Source: Tubiluchus corallicola (taxonomy: Eukaryota; Animalia; Priapulida). Taken from it: a stretch of DNA of 64,000 nucleotides. The DNA lies in contig JAQGDQ010000179.1 in assembly GCA_030141605.1 (NCBI GenBank), positions 1 through 64,000 of the forward strand, in the 5' to 3' direction. Positions 1-13,669 of the stretch are shown one piece after another. The notes under the pieces were generated by a model. It ran no database searches. It saw nothing but the letters and a program-made list of their open reading frames with translations, and was not told the origin of the DNA. Position numbers and translations under genes: made by a program. The first letter of the stretch is position 1; each line of letters begins with the position of its first letter.

Positions 1-35
1 GCTGTCGCTGTTGCTGCTGCTGCTGCTGTTGGTGC

Positions 36-133
<98 letters not shown>

Positions 134-449
134 GTGCTGCTGCTGCTGCTGCTGGTGCTGCTGCTGCTGCTGCTGGTGGTGCTGCTGCTGCTGCTGTTGC
201 TGTTGCTGTTGCTGATGCTGATGCTGCTGCTGCTGCTGCTGTTACCAGCATCGCTGCCGTTGCCGCTGCTGCTGCCGTTGCCGCTGCCGCTGCCGTTGCT
301 CGCTGCTGCCGCTGCCGCTGCCGCTGCCGCTGCCGGCGTCACGTCGCAGCTGCCGCTGCAGCTGCTGCTGCCGCAGCAGCTTCGTCACCCCTTGCCGCGT
401 TGCTGCTGCCTCCAGCTGTTGCCGCAGCAGCAGCCGCAGCAGCAGCAGC
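1..449. repeat. Compound trinucleotide/hexanucleotide microsatellite (GCT/GTT/GCCGCT/CAG), intronic
   Basis: Directly visible runs of (GTT)n, (GCT)n, (GCCGCT)n and (CAG)n. The poly-Leu/poly-Ala ORF 11..499 is a by-product. Confidence 0.95.
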
Positions 450-772
450 GAAAAACCGCCCACCCTTTTATGACACGAAATCTGATAACAAAAAGATAGG
501 ATATTCAAAACTGATTTTGCATACATCTTAAAAAGAACAGGCCTGTCGGTTTGCTTTGTCGCATGTTTAAATTTTTATTTTGCAGTTATAAATTAATAAC
601 GAAGTTGATAAAGATTCAGATATTCGTTATATTTTAAGAAGAAATGAAATCAAAGGAATGATAATAGGAAAACGTCATTCATTCCATCATGAAGCATTGT
701 TTTTAATTTACTTGAATTTTACATAAATATCTAAACGTTAGTAAGTTCATTTTGTGGTTTTTTTTTTACCAG

Positions 773-1076
773 ACTAGGCATTTGTTTTACGCTGTGACAG
801 AGGAAGAGATGGATCAATGGATGGAAGTCATAAGTAATAGCATTATTCGCGGTGCATGCAGGATAATTAAACCTGTCCAAACTCAGCTGCGAGTTTCTGT
901 TCCATGCAAACGAGCAAGCTCCAAAAAGAAGAAAGCGCCGCAGGTTTGTATCTTTTCAGTTTTACACTTTTTTGGATCCGCACGCTGCGGGATCTCTAAA
1001 GCTTGATCATGTTGTTATTGTTGGTGGTTGTGTTGGTGTTGTTGTTGTTGCTGTTGCTGTTGCTGTTGTTGTTGCT

Positions 1077-1162
<86 letters not shown>

Positions 1163-4100
1163 TGTTGTTGTTGTCACAGTTATCTTTGAAAGCCATCATA
1201 GGCTGCAGTTTTTATCATAGAAGGCTAAAGATCCTACGGACCACTGCGCTGACCGCAACGTAATGGAGCCCGACTTTTCCGTTTTCAGGATACCCTGAAA
1301 TATGCCCGTTAAATGGGCATGCCCTATATACATTATTACACTGTTGTAGTTACTTTTATTCTATTGTAAAATGGATTTGCCCCAGCTATGCGTATTCTAA
1401 TTTTTCCCGCTTCCAATGGTAAACGCTTCCCATGGTTTTCTTATGGAAACTATAATTAAATTTACGAAAAAATGACCAAGTAGGACATTCATGTGCCGGA
1501 TCCAGGCACATTAGTGCTTCCATTCTAGTTTATATTCACCCACATATGTACATTGTAGATACTGGGTGCATCTTTTGTGTTAAATCGCTATTCTAAGTTG
1601 GGGCTGAAATAAAAATATAAAATTGAAATTTATAAGTACATCAAAATCTGTTGGAGTTTGTCCACAATCATTCTGGTTTGCTGTAAATTGACTGCGACAC
1701 GTTTCCAGCGGACGAAGGTTGAATGATCCTAAGCTTCTAGTCTGAAATTCCGTGACAATGCTTTTGTATAATATCACAGTAAAGGAAGTTGGGTATATCG
1801 AATTCAATAAAGCGAGTGACCCAATGCTTCACATTCCGGGGCATGTTTTTATAATACTTTGCATGATTTTGCTATACGATGGCAAGCAATTGTCACCAAT
1901 GTTTTAGCAGTGATTACAGCAAAGCCAAAATTTATTTGAATCCTGTACTGACTTAATAATGATTCGAGGCGGCCAGATTCATTGTTCATCATTCAAAATG
2001 AACAAGTTCTCTTCTACCAATACGAAATCGGTGTAGCAGATGATGTTTTCTTCCAACAATTTTAACTCTGTCTCTTTTACTCAGCAAGTGGCCTCGTTTC
2101 AACTTCTAATTTAAAGAAATTTCATCAATCTTCAGCCTTATGACTTTCCTGAGTAAAAAAGTGATGCAGCAGAATTTCGTCAGTTATTGTAATCATGGCA
2201 ACAGCTGAGAGTTTAACGTCAGCTGTTTGTTACGATGAACATCAAAAACCCGAGTTTTCTAACCTTTCTAACTTCAAAGTCTTTGAAGTCTCAAAATCCT
2301 ACTGTGAATATACTAGCGCTTTGGGACAAATGTACGTTATTGTGAAATTTTCTAGGCTCCGTCACAGCAACAAGCTATTCCGACGGATTTACAACACGAT
2401 CAGCCGCTTCGATCGAGCACAAAAACTCGCGCGAAGGGACCGTCGGGGAGGCGATTGCCGCAGCGGTTTTCGCAAATCGGATCTAAGATCGTGGAGTACG
2501 GTGTACGTGTATTACAAGTTACATGAAAATTTTATGAAATACTTGTACTCTTTAATAGTAACGATTTACGTGTTTTCTCTAATAAAAGCGTTAAAAGCGT
2601 TATCCACACCATGTCTGCGTTTGTCTGTTTTTCTTTTCATGTATCTGCATGTCACACTATATAATATTCCATTATTCTATGATTATCTGCAGGATAGTTC
2701 TTACGGGTGTTGATCTTTACAGTTTACGCATTATCTCATTTCTATATTTAGTCGGGTCTGTCCATAATGGAATATCTATGACTTTTTCCCGTAGATAATC
2801 GTATTCTGATTCCACATAATTATCTGATGCAGTATCACAGAGAGTGTGTGTAATGCACATTATTTGCTGCAACATCAATAATCTATTAGCTAAAACATTA
2901 TCAGTGTACACTTAAATTTCTTGCTTCCCTTCTCTTTCCTCTACAAAAAGTTTTTTATTCTTAGTGTCAATCTTCTTATTATCAGTATGCACACATCAAA
3001 TTTCTATCTGAAATGGTCACAAACACAACAGTTTTCTATCTAATAGAACTGAACTAACACTGGTTTAATATCCTTTTTGCAGCAGATACACAACGATGTA
3101 ATGAATTTAGAGAGTTTGAACGAAAGCAGCGAAGAAATGGACGAAAATCAGGAAAACGAGAACAATATTGATATTCTTATCGGTAAGAGCATGAAAACAC
3201 AAAGCACAAACTAAATATTCTTGCTCATAAACGGTATGAGCGTGTAGTTCTAAAACTTAGATAGGTAAGTCCAAGTAATCCAAGTAGTTCATGGATTATA
3301 AGAGTCAATGTATTATATAAAGCAAATTCGGCAATATATAATAACTCGAGGTTTGCATGTCCACTGCTTTCTATGGTAATCATATGTAAGATGTCGTTAA
3401 GCAGGTGTCTTCTCTGTTTCACATGGAGCCCTCGCAGGGTTACATTCAGAAAGATTACTAATTGGTGGCTACGAATTATCATTTTGTGCGCACGATACAT
3501 TAGTCTATGGCGAGAAATCGTGTGAATGATATGCCAATTTGTGGCCATGATTACGTTATGCGAAGGAAATTGCATGTGGCTGCTGATTCAGAGAAGATAT
3601 GGCTCAACAAACAGTAACCGTTTGCACGTTTACAGCAAATTATTTAACAGGTTTTAAGCAAAAATTATGTTTAGAATACAGTGACTTGACGACCACTTTT
3701 ACTCAAGCACATTTTACACACGATAACAATAGAAAGTATTACTATAGCGTCTTTTAGAGATGTAAAACGAAAACGTAATTTACGATAAAGCAATAATTTT
3801 ATGTTGTTAAATTTAATTTAATGAATAGAATTTATTCGGGTTTCATCCATCCACGGGAGAGTGTGTTTCGTAGTTTAAGAGAATAGAACAGCATGTCTTT
3901 CAAAAGAAGTCAAAACTTGCTTACACCACTCGTGGGAGGTGTAACGAGAAAGCATTTTCACGCTTCCAAGTAAACAATAGTTGGACTATGACGTTGTGAA
4001 GAATACACAAGAAAATTGCACATTAGCGTTACACATTGTCAGTTATTAAACATTTTTTTACATGTGCCATTGAACTAAATCCTTGTCGCTTTAAATGTGT

Positions 4101-7100
4101 GGTTTATGCAAACTGTAAAAATTGTTTTCAGATGACGATAAACTAATTTATTCCTTGAAAAGTAATGATTTTCCATCGACTTCTAATCAGCGAAAAGATG
4201 TAGTAGCAGCTAAGCCAGCGTTGGTTACCAAGGTTGATGTCGTCACTGTGTCCGACGAAGAACCAGATGGGTAGATTAAAAATGTTTATTTAATCTAAAT
4301 TATTTAATCTAGATTAAAAGTCTGGTGCTTCATTTTGCTTTTATCAAGAAACTTCATTTTTTTAGCTATACTACTATTCAACCTCTTACGAGCCTAGTTG
4401 CAAATGCCTACCCGTATCAACTGCAGTTTTGTTCTCAAAATTCACCAGAAATATTAGTTGAAAAGTTTTAAAAATAATTACAACAAAGTGCAACAAAAGC
4501 ACTCAGCTTAAAGTGTCATCTACTATTATATTAATATTCTTGGTATATATATAAGATTCGAGGCTACAGCTTCGACGAGGGCACCATTTGCGGCGATCTA
4601 TATATCAAACGAAAGGTCTCGATCTAGTGTCGTCTCATTGGGGGTTTATTTTTCGAATGCGGCCCACCGCGAGGAACGGGGGGCGAAAAACCTCCAAAAA
4701 TGGCCATTTTCGGCCGTTTTTTGCAAAAGTTATACGCCTGAGATGTAGAGAACGGGAACGGGCCGAGGGTGGTGCTGGGTATGGATAGATAGCCCGTTCA
4801 GCGATGGGTGTCATAGGCCTATTTAGAATTCGCGAGAGGGCCACGGTGTCCCGTAACGGGCGTTTTCCCGGACCCAACTCGCGATTTTTTCGAAATTTTG
4901 ACCAAACAGCCTGCGGGAAAAACGTTCTAGCGGCGCCCGGTGGGACTCTCGGAAGGAGATATACGGCTCATCAGAAAGAGGAAGGACAGGGCTACACGAT
5001 GATTTGGGCTATATTTTAGGGCAGGTCCACCGAGAGGAGTACTGGCGAGTTAATTAGGAGTTCTATTTTCGGCAATTTTCACTTAGAAAACTGCTGACGC
5101 AATGCCATTGTTGTGACGTAATCCATTATACTCTGTCTATAACCTTTTAACTTTAATTCAGTAAAAGCTGCTTTGCGTTAGGTAACTAAACAAACAGTAG
5201 GCAGGATGTTACGGGCTTTGTGTTATAAATGAGGACTAGGTAGAATGTTCGCGTATTATTGATTACACGTGTATTTATACGCAAAATCTTTTGCGGGGCC
5301 TTTGCTAGTCTCTTATATTAATATTCTTGGTATATATATATATTTATTTATATATAAGATTCGAGGCTACAGCCCGGACGAGGGCACCATTTGCGGCGAT
5401 CTATATATCAAACGAAAGGTCTCGATCTAGTGTCGTGCCATTGATGGTTTATTTTTCGAATGGGGCCCACCGCGAGGAAGGGGGGGCGAAAAACCTCCAA
5501 AAATGGCCATTTTTCGGCCGTTTTTTGCAAAAGTTATACGGCTGAGATGTAGAGAACGGGAACGGGCCGAGGGGGGTGCTGGGTATGGATAGATAGCCCG
5601 TTCAGCGATGGGTGTCATAGGCCTATTTAGAATTCGCGAGAGGGCCACGGTGTCCCGCAACGGGCGTTTTTCCGGACCCAACTCGCGATTTTTTCGAAAT
5701 TTTGACCAAACAGCCTGCGGAAAAAACGTTCTAGCCTCGCCCGGTGGGACTCTCGGAAGGAGATATACGGCTCTTTAGAAAGAGGAAGGACGGGGCTACA
5801 CGATGATGTGGGCTATATGTTAGGGCAGGTCCACTGAGAGGAGTATCAACGAGTTAATTAGATGTTCTATTTTCGGCAATTTTCGCTTAGAAAACTGCTG
5901 ACGCAAAGGCATTGTTGTGACGTCATCCATTGTACTCTACTCTGCTTATAACTTTAATTCAGCAAAAAGCTACAGGCTTTGCGTTAGGTAAACAAACAGT
6001 AGGCATGATGTTTTGTGTTATAAATGAGGACTAGGTAGGATGTTCGCGTATTATTGATTACACGTGGTTTTTTACGCAAAATCTTTTGCGGGGCCTTTGC
6101 TATTTATTATATTATAGCACATAGTTTCAACTTTGTGAAAAATGTTTGGAATGGTTTTGTTGTAATGCTGTGCTGTTGGTGCTTGTGCTATAGGTGTCGT
6201 CATCGTTGCCACCATCATCATCATCATCATCAACATCATGATCACCACCTGAGGTGGTGGATTTGATGTGGTGTGGTGGTGGTGTGCTATGGATGGTGTG
6301 GTGGGGTGATAGGGTGTGTGTGGTGTGGTGTGGGTAGTGTGGTATGGAGTGGGTGGCGTGGTGTGTGGGTGGTGCGGTGTGGTGTGGTGCAGTGGTATGG
6401 TGTGGTGTGATGTGATGTGGTGGAGTCGTATGGTGTGGGTGGTGTGGTGTGGTGTGTTGGTGGTGCGGTGTGCTGCAGTGGTATGGTGTGGTGTGATGTG
6501 GTGGAGTGGTATGGTGTGGGTGGTGTGGTGTGTAGGTGGGTGGGTGGTGTGGTGTTATGGTGTGGTGCTGTGCAGTGTGATGTGGTGGAGTATTATGGTG
6601 TGGGTGGTGTGGTGTCGTGTGTGGGTGGTGCAGTGTGGTGTGATGTGGTGGAGTGGTATGGTGTGCGTGGTGTGGTGAGTAGGTGGTATGGTGTGGTGCG
6701 GTGCAGTGTGGTGGTATTGTGTGGTGCAGTATGGTGCGATGAGGTGGAGTAGTATGGTGTGGTGCCGTGTGGTGTGATGAGGTGGAGTGGTGTGGTGTGG
6801 GTTGTGTGTTGATTTGTGCACAAAATTCTTTTTGTGGGGTTTGGCTAGTCTCACTATTAATCGCACTTGTATCAAGATTACTTCCAGAACATTATTTCAA
6901 TTCGAAAAACGAATAATAATTAAGCCGCTTTATTTCCCGTTCTCGTATGCTATAAGCAGAAATTAAACGTCTGCAATTAGCATGACGTCTGCAAATACAC
7001 TTTAAGCGGTGGGCAGTAGCAACTAAAGACTTTTGGTACTACATTTTCGTACACTGTTGCACATTCAAAGTAGCATAATTTTTAATTCAAGCAGTCTTAA

Positions 7101-8099
7101 CATGTTTTAGGAAAGAAAATGTTCCCGCCAGAGTTCCATCTAGGGAAAAGAAAATCACGTTCAATGTTGTTCCTCTGGAAATTCCAGCATCGCCTTATTA
7201 CACCTCAGAGAGCGAAGGAACCGACGAAGGCGACGACTTGTCACAGAACACGATTGCAACGCAATCTTCGGGCGACAATCTTGCTGAAGACGAGGAATCT
7301 GGACATGATGAAGATGATGCCTCATCAAAGACATCAAAAAGCGTCTTTAAGAATGTAAAAGGCAGCACTATTGTACTGAGGGAGAAGAGGCAGAAGGAAA
7401 AGAGTGTCGCAGGCGATTTTAAGAGACGGCTCAGCTCAGATGCCAGTGACAATGAGTCACCATCCGAAAGCAAACGTGATACTGCACGCCGAAAAAATGC
7501 AAAATCATCTGGTATTGGTAAAAGTAAACACAAAAGAAGTACAAATGCTGAAAGTTCGCAAAGAGAAGACGAAGCAGACGACGATACCATGGCAGATAGG
7601 AGCAGGGAAACTTACAGCGAACTAAAGGATCGATTAGAGAAAATAACTAGTGGGATTGAAAACGTGAAAAGTGACATGTTGCAGTTCCGAAAGACTATCC
7701 CAAGTCTGAAAAAAGAAGAACAGAAAGATTTACAAAGAGTGGAAAATGTATCGGAATGCCAAAAGGTAGGCTTAGGCTTTTTTTACTACACTTCGCTCCT
7801 TTGCAAGTCTGACAGCCTGAAAACATTTTTTATTTGTTTTTTAATGAGTTTGGACAATAACAGACTGCAATTTATTTAATTTACTCAATGAACATGGAGA
7901 AGTTCACGCAGTTTTAAACAAAGTTGTTGCCGCCTTCACGGTGACACAATCTTTCTTTAACTGATCTTTATGAATACTTACTGTTCTAAATTCAAACCAC
8001 TGTTTTTAGGCAGTAGCAGACATGTACACGAAGACAGAAGAAGTTCTTGAGGAAGCAGAAATAATTAGGAACGAATGCAAAGACCTGCTTGATGTATAA
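773..8099 (+). CDS. PH-domain-containing protein, 3' part (5' exons lie upstream of the window); acidic low-complexity middle and coiled-coil-like C-terminus
   Basis: Frame-consistent GT-AG exons: 773-943, 3083(or 3086)-3182, 4132-4270, 7111-7765, 8010-8099 (TAA); AATAAA at about 8200. The first exon reads TRHLFYAVTEEEMDQWMEVISNSI, matching the last strand and Trp-containing helix of PH domains. Orthologue not recognised. Confidence 0.8.
1005..1173. repeat. (GTT)n/(GCT)n microsatellite
   Basis: Directly visible; explains the poly-V/L/N ORFs at 972-1263. Confidence 0.95.
1470..2200 (-). pseudogene. Decayed Ulp1/C48-peptidase-like coding remnant, probably cargo of a DNA transposon spanning about 1220-2500
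   Basis: Minus-strand fragments across stops and frameshifts read ..EENLFILNDEQ*I.., ..VKHWVTRFIEFDIPNFLYCD.., ..ANQNDCG.., in the order of the Ulp1 W, HW, D and Q-N-x-DCG motifs. Confidence 0.35.
4519..5308 (+). mobile_element. Non-autonomous Helitron, copy A
   Basis: Begins A|TCTACTATTATATTAAT. Ends with hairpin CGCAAAA-TC-TTTTGCG (5280-5295) followed by GGGCCTTTG-CTAG (CTAG 5305-5308). No TIR or TSD. A near-identical copy follows immediately. Confidence 0.85.
5309..6103 (+). mobile_element. Non-autonomous Helitron, copy B (head-to-tail with copy A)
   Basis: Starts TCTCTTATATTAATATTC directly after the CTAG of copy A and is colinear with it throughout. Same hairpin at 6075-6090, but the terminus reads CTAT. 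Confidence 0.85.
6104..6848 (+). mobile_element. Third Helitron-like unit containing a (GTGGT/GTG)-rich low-complexity array (about 6250-6810)
   Basis: Ends with hairpin CACAAAA-TTCT-TTTTGTG (6819-6836) plus GGGTTTGG-CTAG|T (CTAG 6845-6848), a variant of the A/B terminus. The AT-rich start TTATTATATTATAG resembles a Helitron 5' end. Confidence 0.6.
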
Positions 8100-8422
8100 C
8101 AAGCGTCGTTCTTGGCCCTCCTAATTCATTCTTTGTGCACATTTCGAATATAATGTTTATTTAGTAGTGTATAAAAATTATATTGTGTTGTAAATGGTTA
8201 ATAAACTATATTATCATAATGGGAGTGAACAGTGTCTTCAAACAGACAGAAACTAGAACTATGCTTTCCTTTTTATAGTGAATATATACAGAATGGTCAT
8301 ATTGCACCAAAAACAGTTTTTATCGATTTCGATTTCTTAAATATGCAACCAGGTCAAGTTTGTAACTGAGTTTAATTTATTGTGTCTATTTTTAAGAATT
8401 TCTGCCAAAAACACATTCAGTG

Positions 8423-8524
<102 letters not shown>

Positions 8525-8529
8525 TTACA

Positions 8530-9520
8530 AATTAAGATTTGTATAAATATAACACTGTCACCAGTCTTATCTAAACTTTTCGAATATACTTTGTTACTCA
8601 CATTTGGTAATTATTTACAGAGCAATCGATTACAATTTGGATACTAAAATGAGTCCAGTTATAGCCACGCAACTTACGTAATTAAGGAAACTGTAAATTT
8701 CTTTATAAAAAGAAATAGTCCGGTATACATTGGATTTTTGGACACTCCTAGGGCGTTTAACAAAGTTTTACACGGTGGATTGTTTTTTAAAACTTCAGCG
8801 TTCCTAGATCATTCATTTGAATTTTACTAAAATAGTACAACAAATTATCTGCATATGCGAAATGGGAGAATGGAAAAAATGATGAATTCTATATCAAATC
8901 CGGAGTAAGGCGCAGGGTGCATGGAGTACTGTCTCCAGTTCTCTACTGTATATACACTGACGATCTTATAAAACAGTTACGTAAAGCACGGTATGGATGT
9001 AATGTTGGAGAAACATTTGTAGGTTCTGTATTGTATACAGATGACGTATCCTTCCTTGCTGGTTCATATAGGCATCTGAGAGATATGCTAAATATATGTG
9101 AAACATATGGTAAGGAAGTAAACACTGGAGTATTACTTTTAATCCAAAGAAGACTATGTTGTTATATTTTGGAAAAAGCTCTCTAGGATGTGGGAGCATT
9201 TTGTTTTGTGGCATTTTGTTAAAGTGGAAAAATAGTGTAAAATATTTAGGATGTGATATTAAAACCGACAAAGACTTTGCTGTTGACATTACAAGACTGA
9301 ATGTCTTTAAATAATATTTGGTCGACAATGAGGCCCGGCGCAACCCAATAGTGGCAAAAACATTAATTAGTTCTTATTGTCTTCTTATTTTGTTGTCTGA
9401 CAGTCGTAAATTGGGATTTTTAAAAAGAATTAAAAATTCCGAATCACTTAATATACCTACAATCTTGTATTCTATGAATGACTTCGTATGTCCCTGGTTA
9501 TCAAGAAGAAGGTAAGAAAG
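8530..9520 (+). mobile_element. Decayed non-LTR retrotransposon reverse-transcriptase fragment
   Basis: Broken ORFs with RT motifs in order: ITLSPVLSKLFE, LQFGY, FLDT.RAF, GVLSPVLYCIYTDDL, LYTDDVSFLA, VKYLG. Multiple stops and frameshifts. Confidence 0.85.
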
Positions 9521-9754
9521 CTCTCTGAAATGCAGTGTAAAATTTGGTTTGTGAAAAGTCTACTACATGTATATTGCTGTTCATTGGTACACTTGTTCGG
9601 ATTGCTTCAGTTGAATGTTCTGTATAACAATGAACAGCTAAAATAGGTCTACCTAACAGTGACTCAGCTAGTTTGATTGTGGATCAGTTAGAATAGCGAA
9701 AAACATTTATTAATAATGAAATATTTCGACAAAGTCGGAACAATCACGGTCACC

Positions 9755-10030
9755 TGGGCAGCAGACATTTGGGAAAATGAATGAACATTTGGCCATAAGA
9801 CAGCTGGGCAGTGGACACTTAGGCATTGAACACCTGAGCAGTGGACACTTGGGTAGTAGGACATTTGAATGGTGGACATTTGTACTATAGGACATTTGAT
9901 TTGAGCAGTGGATACTCGGACAGCTGGGCAGTGGACACTTGGGCAATTATGACATTGGACAACTGAGTAGTGGACATTTGGGCAGTTGACACCCGAGGAT
10001 TCTTTATTTGGGCAGTAGACATTTAGACGT
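9755..10030. repeat. Degenerate minisatellite, about 15-bp unit (GGGCAGTGGACACTT/ATTT)
   Basis: Repeated gcagtggacactt / ggacatttg variants, roughly 15-20 units. Confidence 0.8.
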
Positions 10031-12569
10031 CCATTTACCCATCTGTTGATCCGTTCTTTTATCTTTCATTATTTTGACACATCTGCTTGTCTGTCCGCAT
10101 GTTTTCTGTTTGCCTCTTTATCTGGCTATCTAGTATCATTTTCTCAGGACAAAACATTTTGCCAACGCATTTTTACAACGGTTTGTGTGTTCACATAAAC
10201 ATTTATTTCACTAGGTAAAGTATTTCACTGTTTTGAGAGCATTGTACACATTGTAGATGTCTTGCCTTTCAAAGGATTTTAATGCGAAGTGGTCTGTGAA
10301 AAGTGAAAACTGAAGCAAGTACACAAATTAATGAACAGCCATATCCCACTTTTTTAGCTGTGCATTATAAGATTTTGTCAATTGCTTGTATTTTTATTTC
10401 GCCTTTTTAACATGTCAAAGTCTTTTGCTTTGTTTGCGTATTTTAAGTTATTTTGCAGTTGTAATCTTAGCTTTCTTTTTGTGTTTCTGCTTATTTTCTT
10501 TACACATTTATATTAAGTCACAATATGTTTGTACGATTTTTGTATAAATCATGTCTACTAATTTTTATGTTTGCATCCTTACATGTATTTGTTTTTCTTA
10601 ATTTTCAATGTGGATCTTTTTGTAAACGAGCTTTGCTCAATCGAGTTATCTTGAATAAATATCTTTCTTATCTTATATTATCCATTATTGTAGAATATGG
10701 TTATTAATGTTGAAATTTCAAGAACGTTTAAGTATTTTGTTGAGTTCTGACTATAATGCAATATTTCAGACTTCACATGCTAAATTTTACTCTGAACTTT
10801 TGAGAACTTTCTAACCTTTTTTGATAGCTTTTCAAGTTACATACCTCCCATATCCACGCTGATTGCTCAGTGATAATGGTCTTGAAAATGATCTTTGTGT
10901 GCCCAAGACAATCATTTCCTCCTTTTTTAAAAATAGCTACCAAGCAATATAAGATATTTTTAATTAGTAAATATTCAATGGCGTAGAAGACTTTTTTCTC
11001 TTTTTTGTGCACGTGTGTCTCTTTGCACTAGTGTTTTCTTTTACTAATAGGTATCTTTACGACTTTTGTTACTTTATTAATAAAAGGTATAAATCAATTA
11101 AAATGAAATTATTCATTCATTGCAGCCTATATCTGTATCTGTTTCTACTTTGAAAATAAGCCCTTGAATGCTCTTAGCTTATAACCAGCAGAGTATTTGC
11201 TTGATTAGTTGTCCAGTTAATTTATGTGAGAAAAGTACCATTATCATTCACATATATATAATCGAATATATTATTTTAGTTTTAATTTCGATTACGAATC
11301 ATACTTTGCCAATGAATGCCCCTCTTCCTTCATTATACATAATATTATATGCATACTATGGTATTGCGATTGTTCCTAATAGCCATATTTATAAAATAAT
11401 TTGATTATAACGACTTATAATATAACCTCTCTTCGCCCACATATAATCAACATTATTTTCCTCATAATACAAAAAATTTTGAATGTATTATTGTAGCATT
11501 AATTTTGCTAATGAATCACTTATATTCTTATAATTTGCCCCCCTCCCCATAGCCCATCTTTAATGGTTATGATGGCTGCATTACTACTATCAATTATATT
11601 TAAATGTTCGATACAATTATAGTTATTACTACAAGTGTAATATATAATTTAATATTTTCTTCCCCACTTAAATTTGGGTACATATATGTGTATATGTATA
11701 TCATTGTATATAGTAAAGTAAGTAATATGGTGCATAGTAATACAAGTAAGCGGTGCATTGACAGATAATCAAATAATTCATATTCGTAACAATGTAATTT
11801 TTTTCCACTCTTTAAGGCTCACTCAAAGTCGTAATTACATATTAGTAAGTAAGTAATTATTTTTTTATTTTTCTCCATAAATTTACATTAATTAACAATA
11901 AAATAAACAAAAATACGAATGAACATGGGAGAAATATTATGTTTTCCTTTCTCAACTTTCAGGTTTATTGCTCTTATGCCATTGCTATTATTACATCATT
12001 TACTTCATCCTTATTTACATTAAGTTATCTGCAGAAGCATGTATAATTATAATTATTTTTTAATTTAAGCAAGGTGAGTGTGTTAATGACCGTATGGTCG
12101 TACAATCACCTCGCACTACTCAAATTATTTAATTTAAAATTTATTAATGTGTTTGATATTGTATTATTTGATGTGTGAAATAAAATTCATAATTCATAGT
12201 TGTGGTTTGTTTGTACAAATTTGCGGGTTTCCCTCATTGCTGGTTCCTCAAATTTTGAACGTAAATGCTGAGAATTGAATTTTTCTCAAGTAAGTCTATC
12301 GATTAAACAGCAGATGCATCATTAGCATCATTATTTTGTTATTTAATTAATCAGTATATTGCACATTCAACCTGTTATGATAAATTAAATAAGCAGTTGC
12401 TTAAAATTGTGATAATCGCAATAGATTGAGAATATAATTGCCAACTTGTGAAAAAACTGTTAACACGACTGGTAGTTTTTTAGTTCGTTAATTATCATTT
12501 AGATTTAATTTATTTGCCTCATTTCACTATACATGTACAATGTTTGATCATTCACAGTTCACTATGGCT

Positions 12570-13400
12570 GTATTTAGATGGGATGCATGGCGAGAGACCA
12601 TATCGGTCATCTGGCAGCCACAATGTTCTTTACACTAACATCAGGACCTAGAGTTCAACTTGTGCACGGTCCCTTCTCATATTCATTTTAAACTTGTCAA
12701 AAGATGGTGCATTTACAATATCGGCTATGAGTTCCATGGATGGGTCACACGAGAGGCAAAAAAATGAGAACGGATATTCAATGAAGAGTTTGAAATCATG
12801 GCCTCGTAGTTCTCTGTGTGGTCTTGAGAATAAATCTTGTTCTTGTAAAATTGAGGGTCCTTTCACAATTTTATGACAATTGACAAGATCAGCAGTGTGT
12901 CGGTGTTGTTCCAAAGTAGACATCACTGCAAGATCTACTTCATAATCATACATTTGTCTTGAATTTTCTCCAAAGCAACTTTTAGCATTACATACTGCGG
13001 TAACCACACTACTATGCAAATTCCGAAATAGGACAAACAACTGCCTTGTATAAAGGGACTATTAACATTAATAGTAGCATTTGATCATACCAATTCGACA
13101 GTTTACCTAAGCTATTATATGACTAACAGTCGTGTTCTACTTTTGATCATTGGATACTGAACTATGTCTAAATCACGCACAACAGATTTCTCATCTATGA
13201 CTCTGTCACTGATATAATATGGTGTATGAGATTTATTCCGCACATGTAATAAGCAAAATTTACTTCTTTTAAGTTGCATCAACCATTCATTGCACCATTT
13301 TTCAATTTCATTGAGATCATTTTGTAAAATAAATTTGTCTAAAATGAGTTGAGCTGTGCTATTAGCGGCTTGTGAGAGGCTTATAAAATGCAATTATCGT
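12570..13400 (-). mobile_element. Decayed 3' part of a CR1-group LINE
   Basis: Minus-strand peptides LQNDLNEIEKWCNEWLMQL..KFCLLH..VVRDL and RELRGHDFKLF..IVNAPSFDKFK are typical of the CR1 ORF2 C-terminus. A short GACC..GGTC stem near 12597-12608 lies in the 3' UTR. Confidence 0.8.
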
Positions 13401-13669
13401 GCTAAATAAGAAAATTGTGTTAGTAGTTACGAAATTGACATTAATAAATATATGTTACTGGTACTTGATCTCTTTTAGTAGTATGTTTTACATGAAATGT
13501 GTACCATGCTTGAATGATGTGCATATTGTGTAATATAACAAAATACCCTAAATAACTTGCTTAAGTACAGTTGAGACATACATCAAAAGACAAACACGGA
13601 CCTATAACTCTCATAATTTCACAATAGCAACAAAATACCAATACCTAAAACCTACAGAATATGATACTT

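Noticed and set aside
11-1263. Poly-Leu/Val/Asn ORFs (11-499, 972-1263)
   Set aside because: Translations of trinucleotide microsatellites within introns.
4588-5681. Duplicated short ORFs in GC-rich DNA
   Set aside because: They lie inside the non-autonomous Helitron copies, are frameshifted between copies and show no Rep/helicase motifs.
6316-6875. Cys/Trp/Val- and His/Thr-rich ORFs
   Set aside because: Products of the GTGGT low-complexity array.
9755-10030. CRISPR-like appearance of short repeats
   Set aside because: Repeats are tandem and degenerate without unique spacers; the context is eukaryotic and there are no cas genes.
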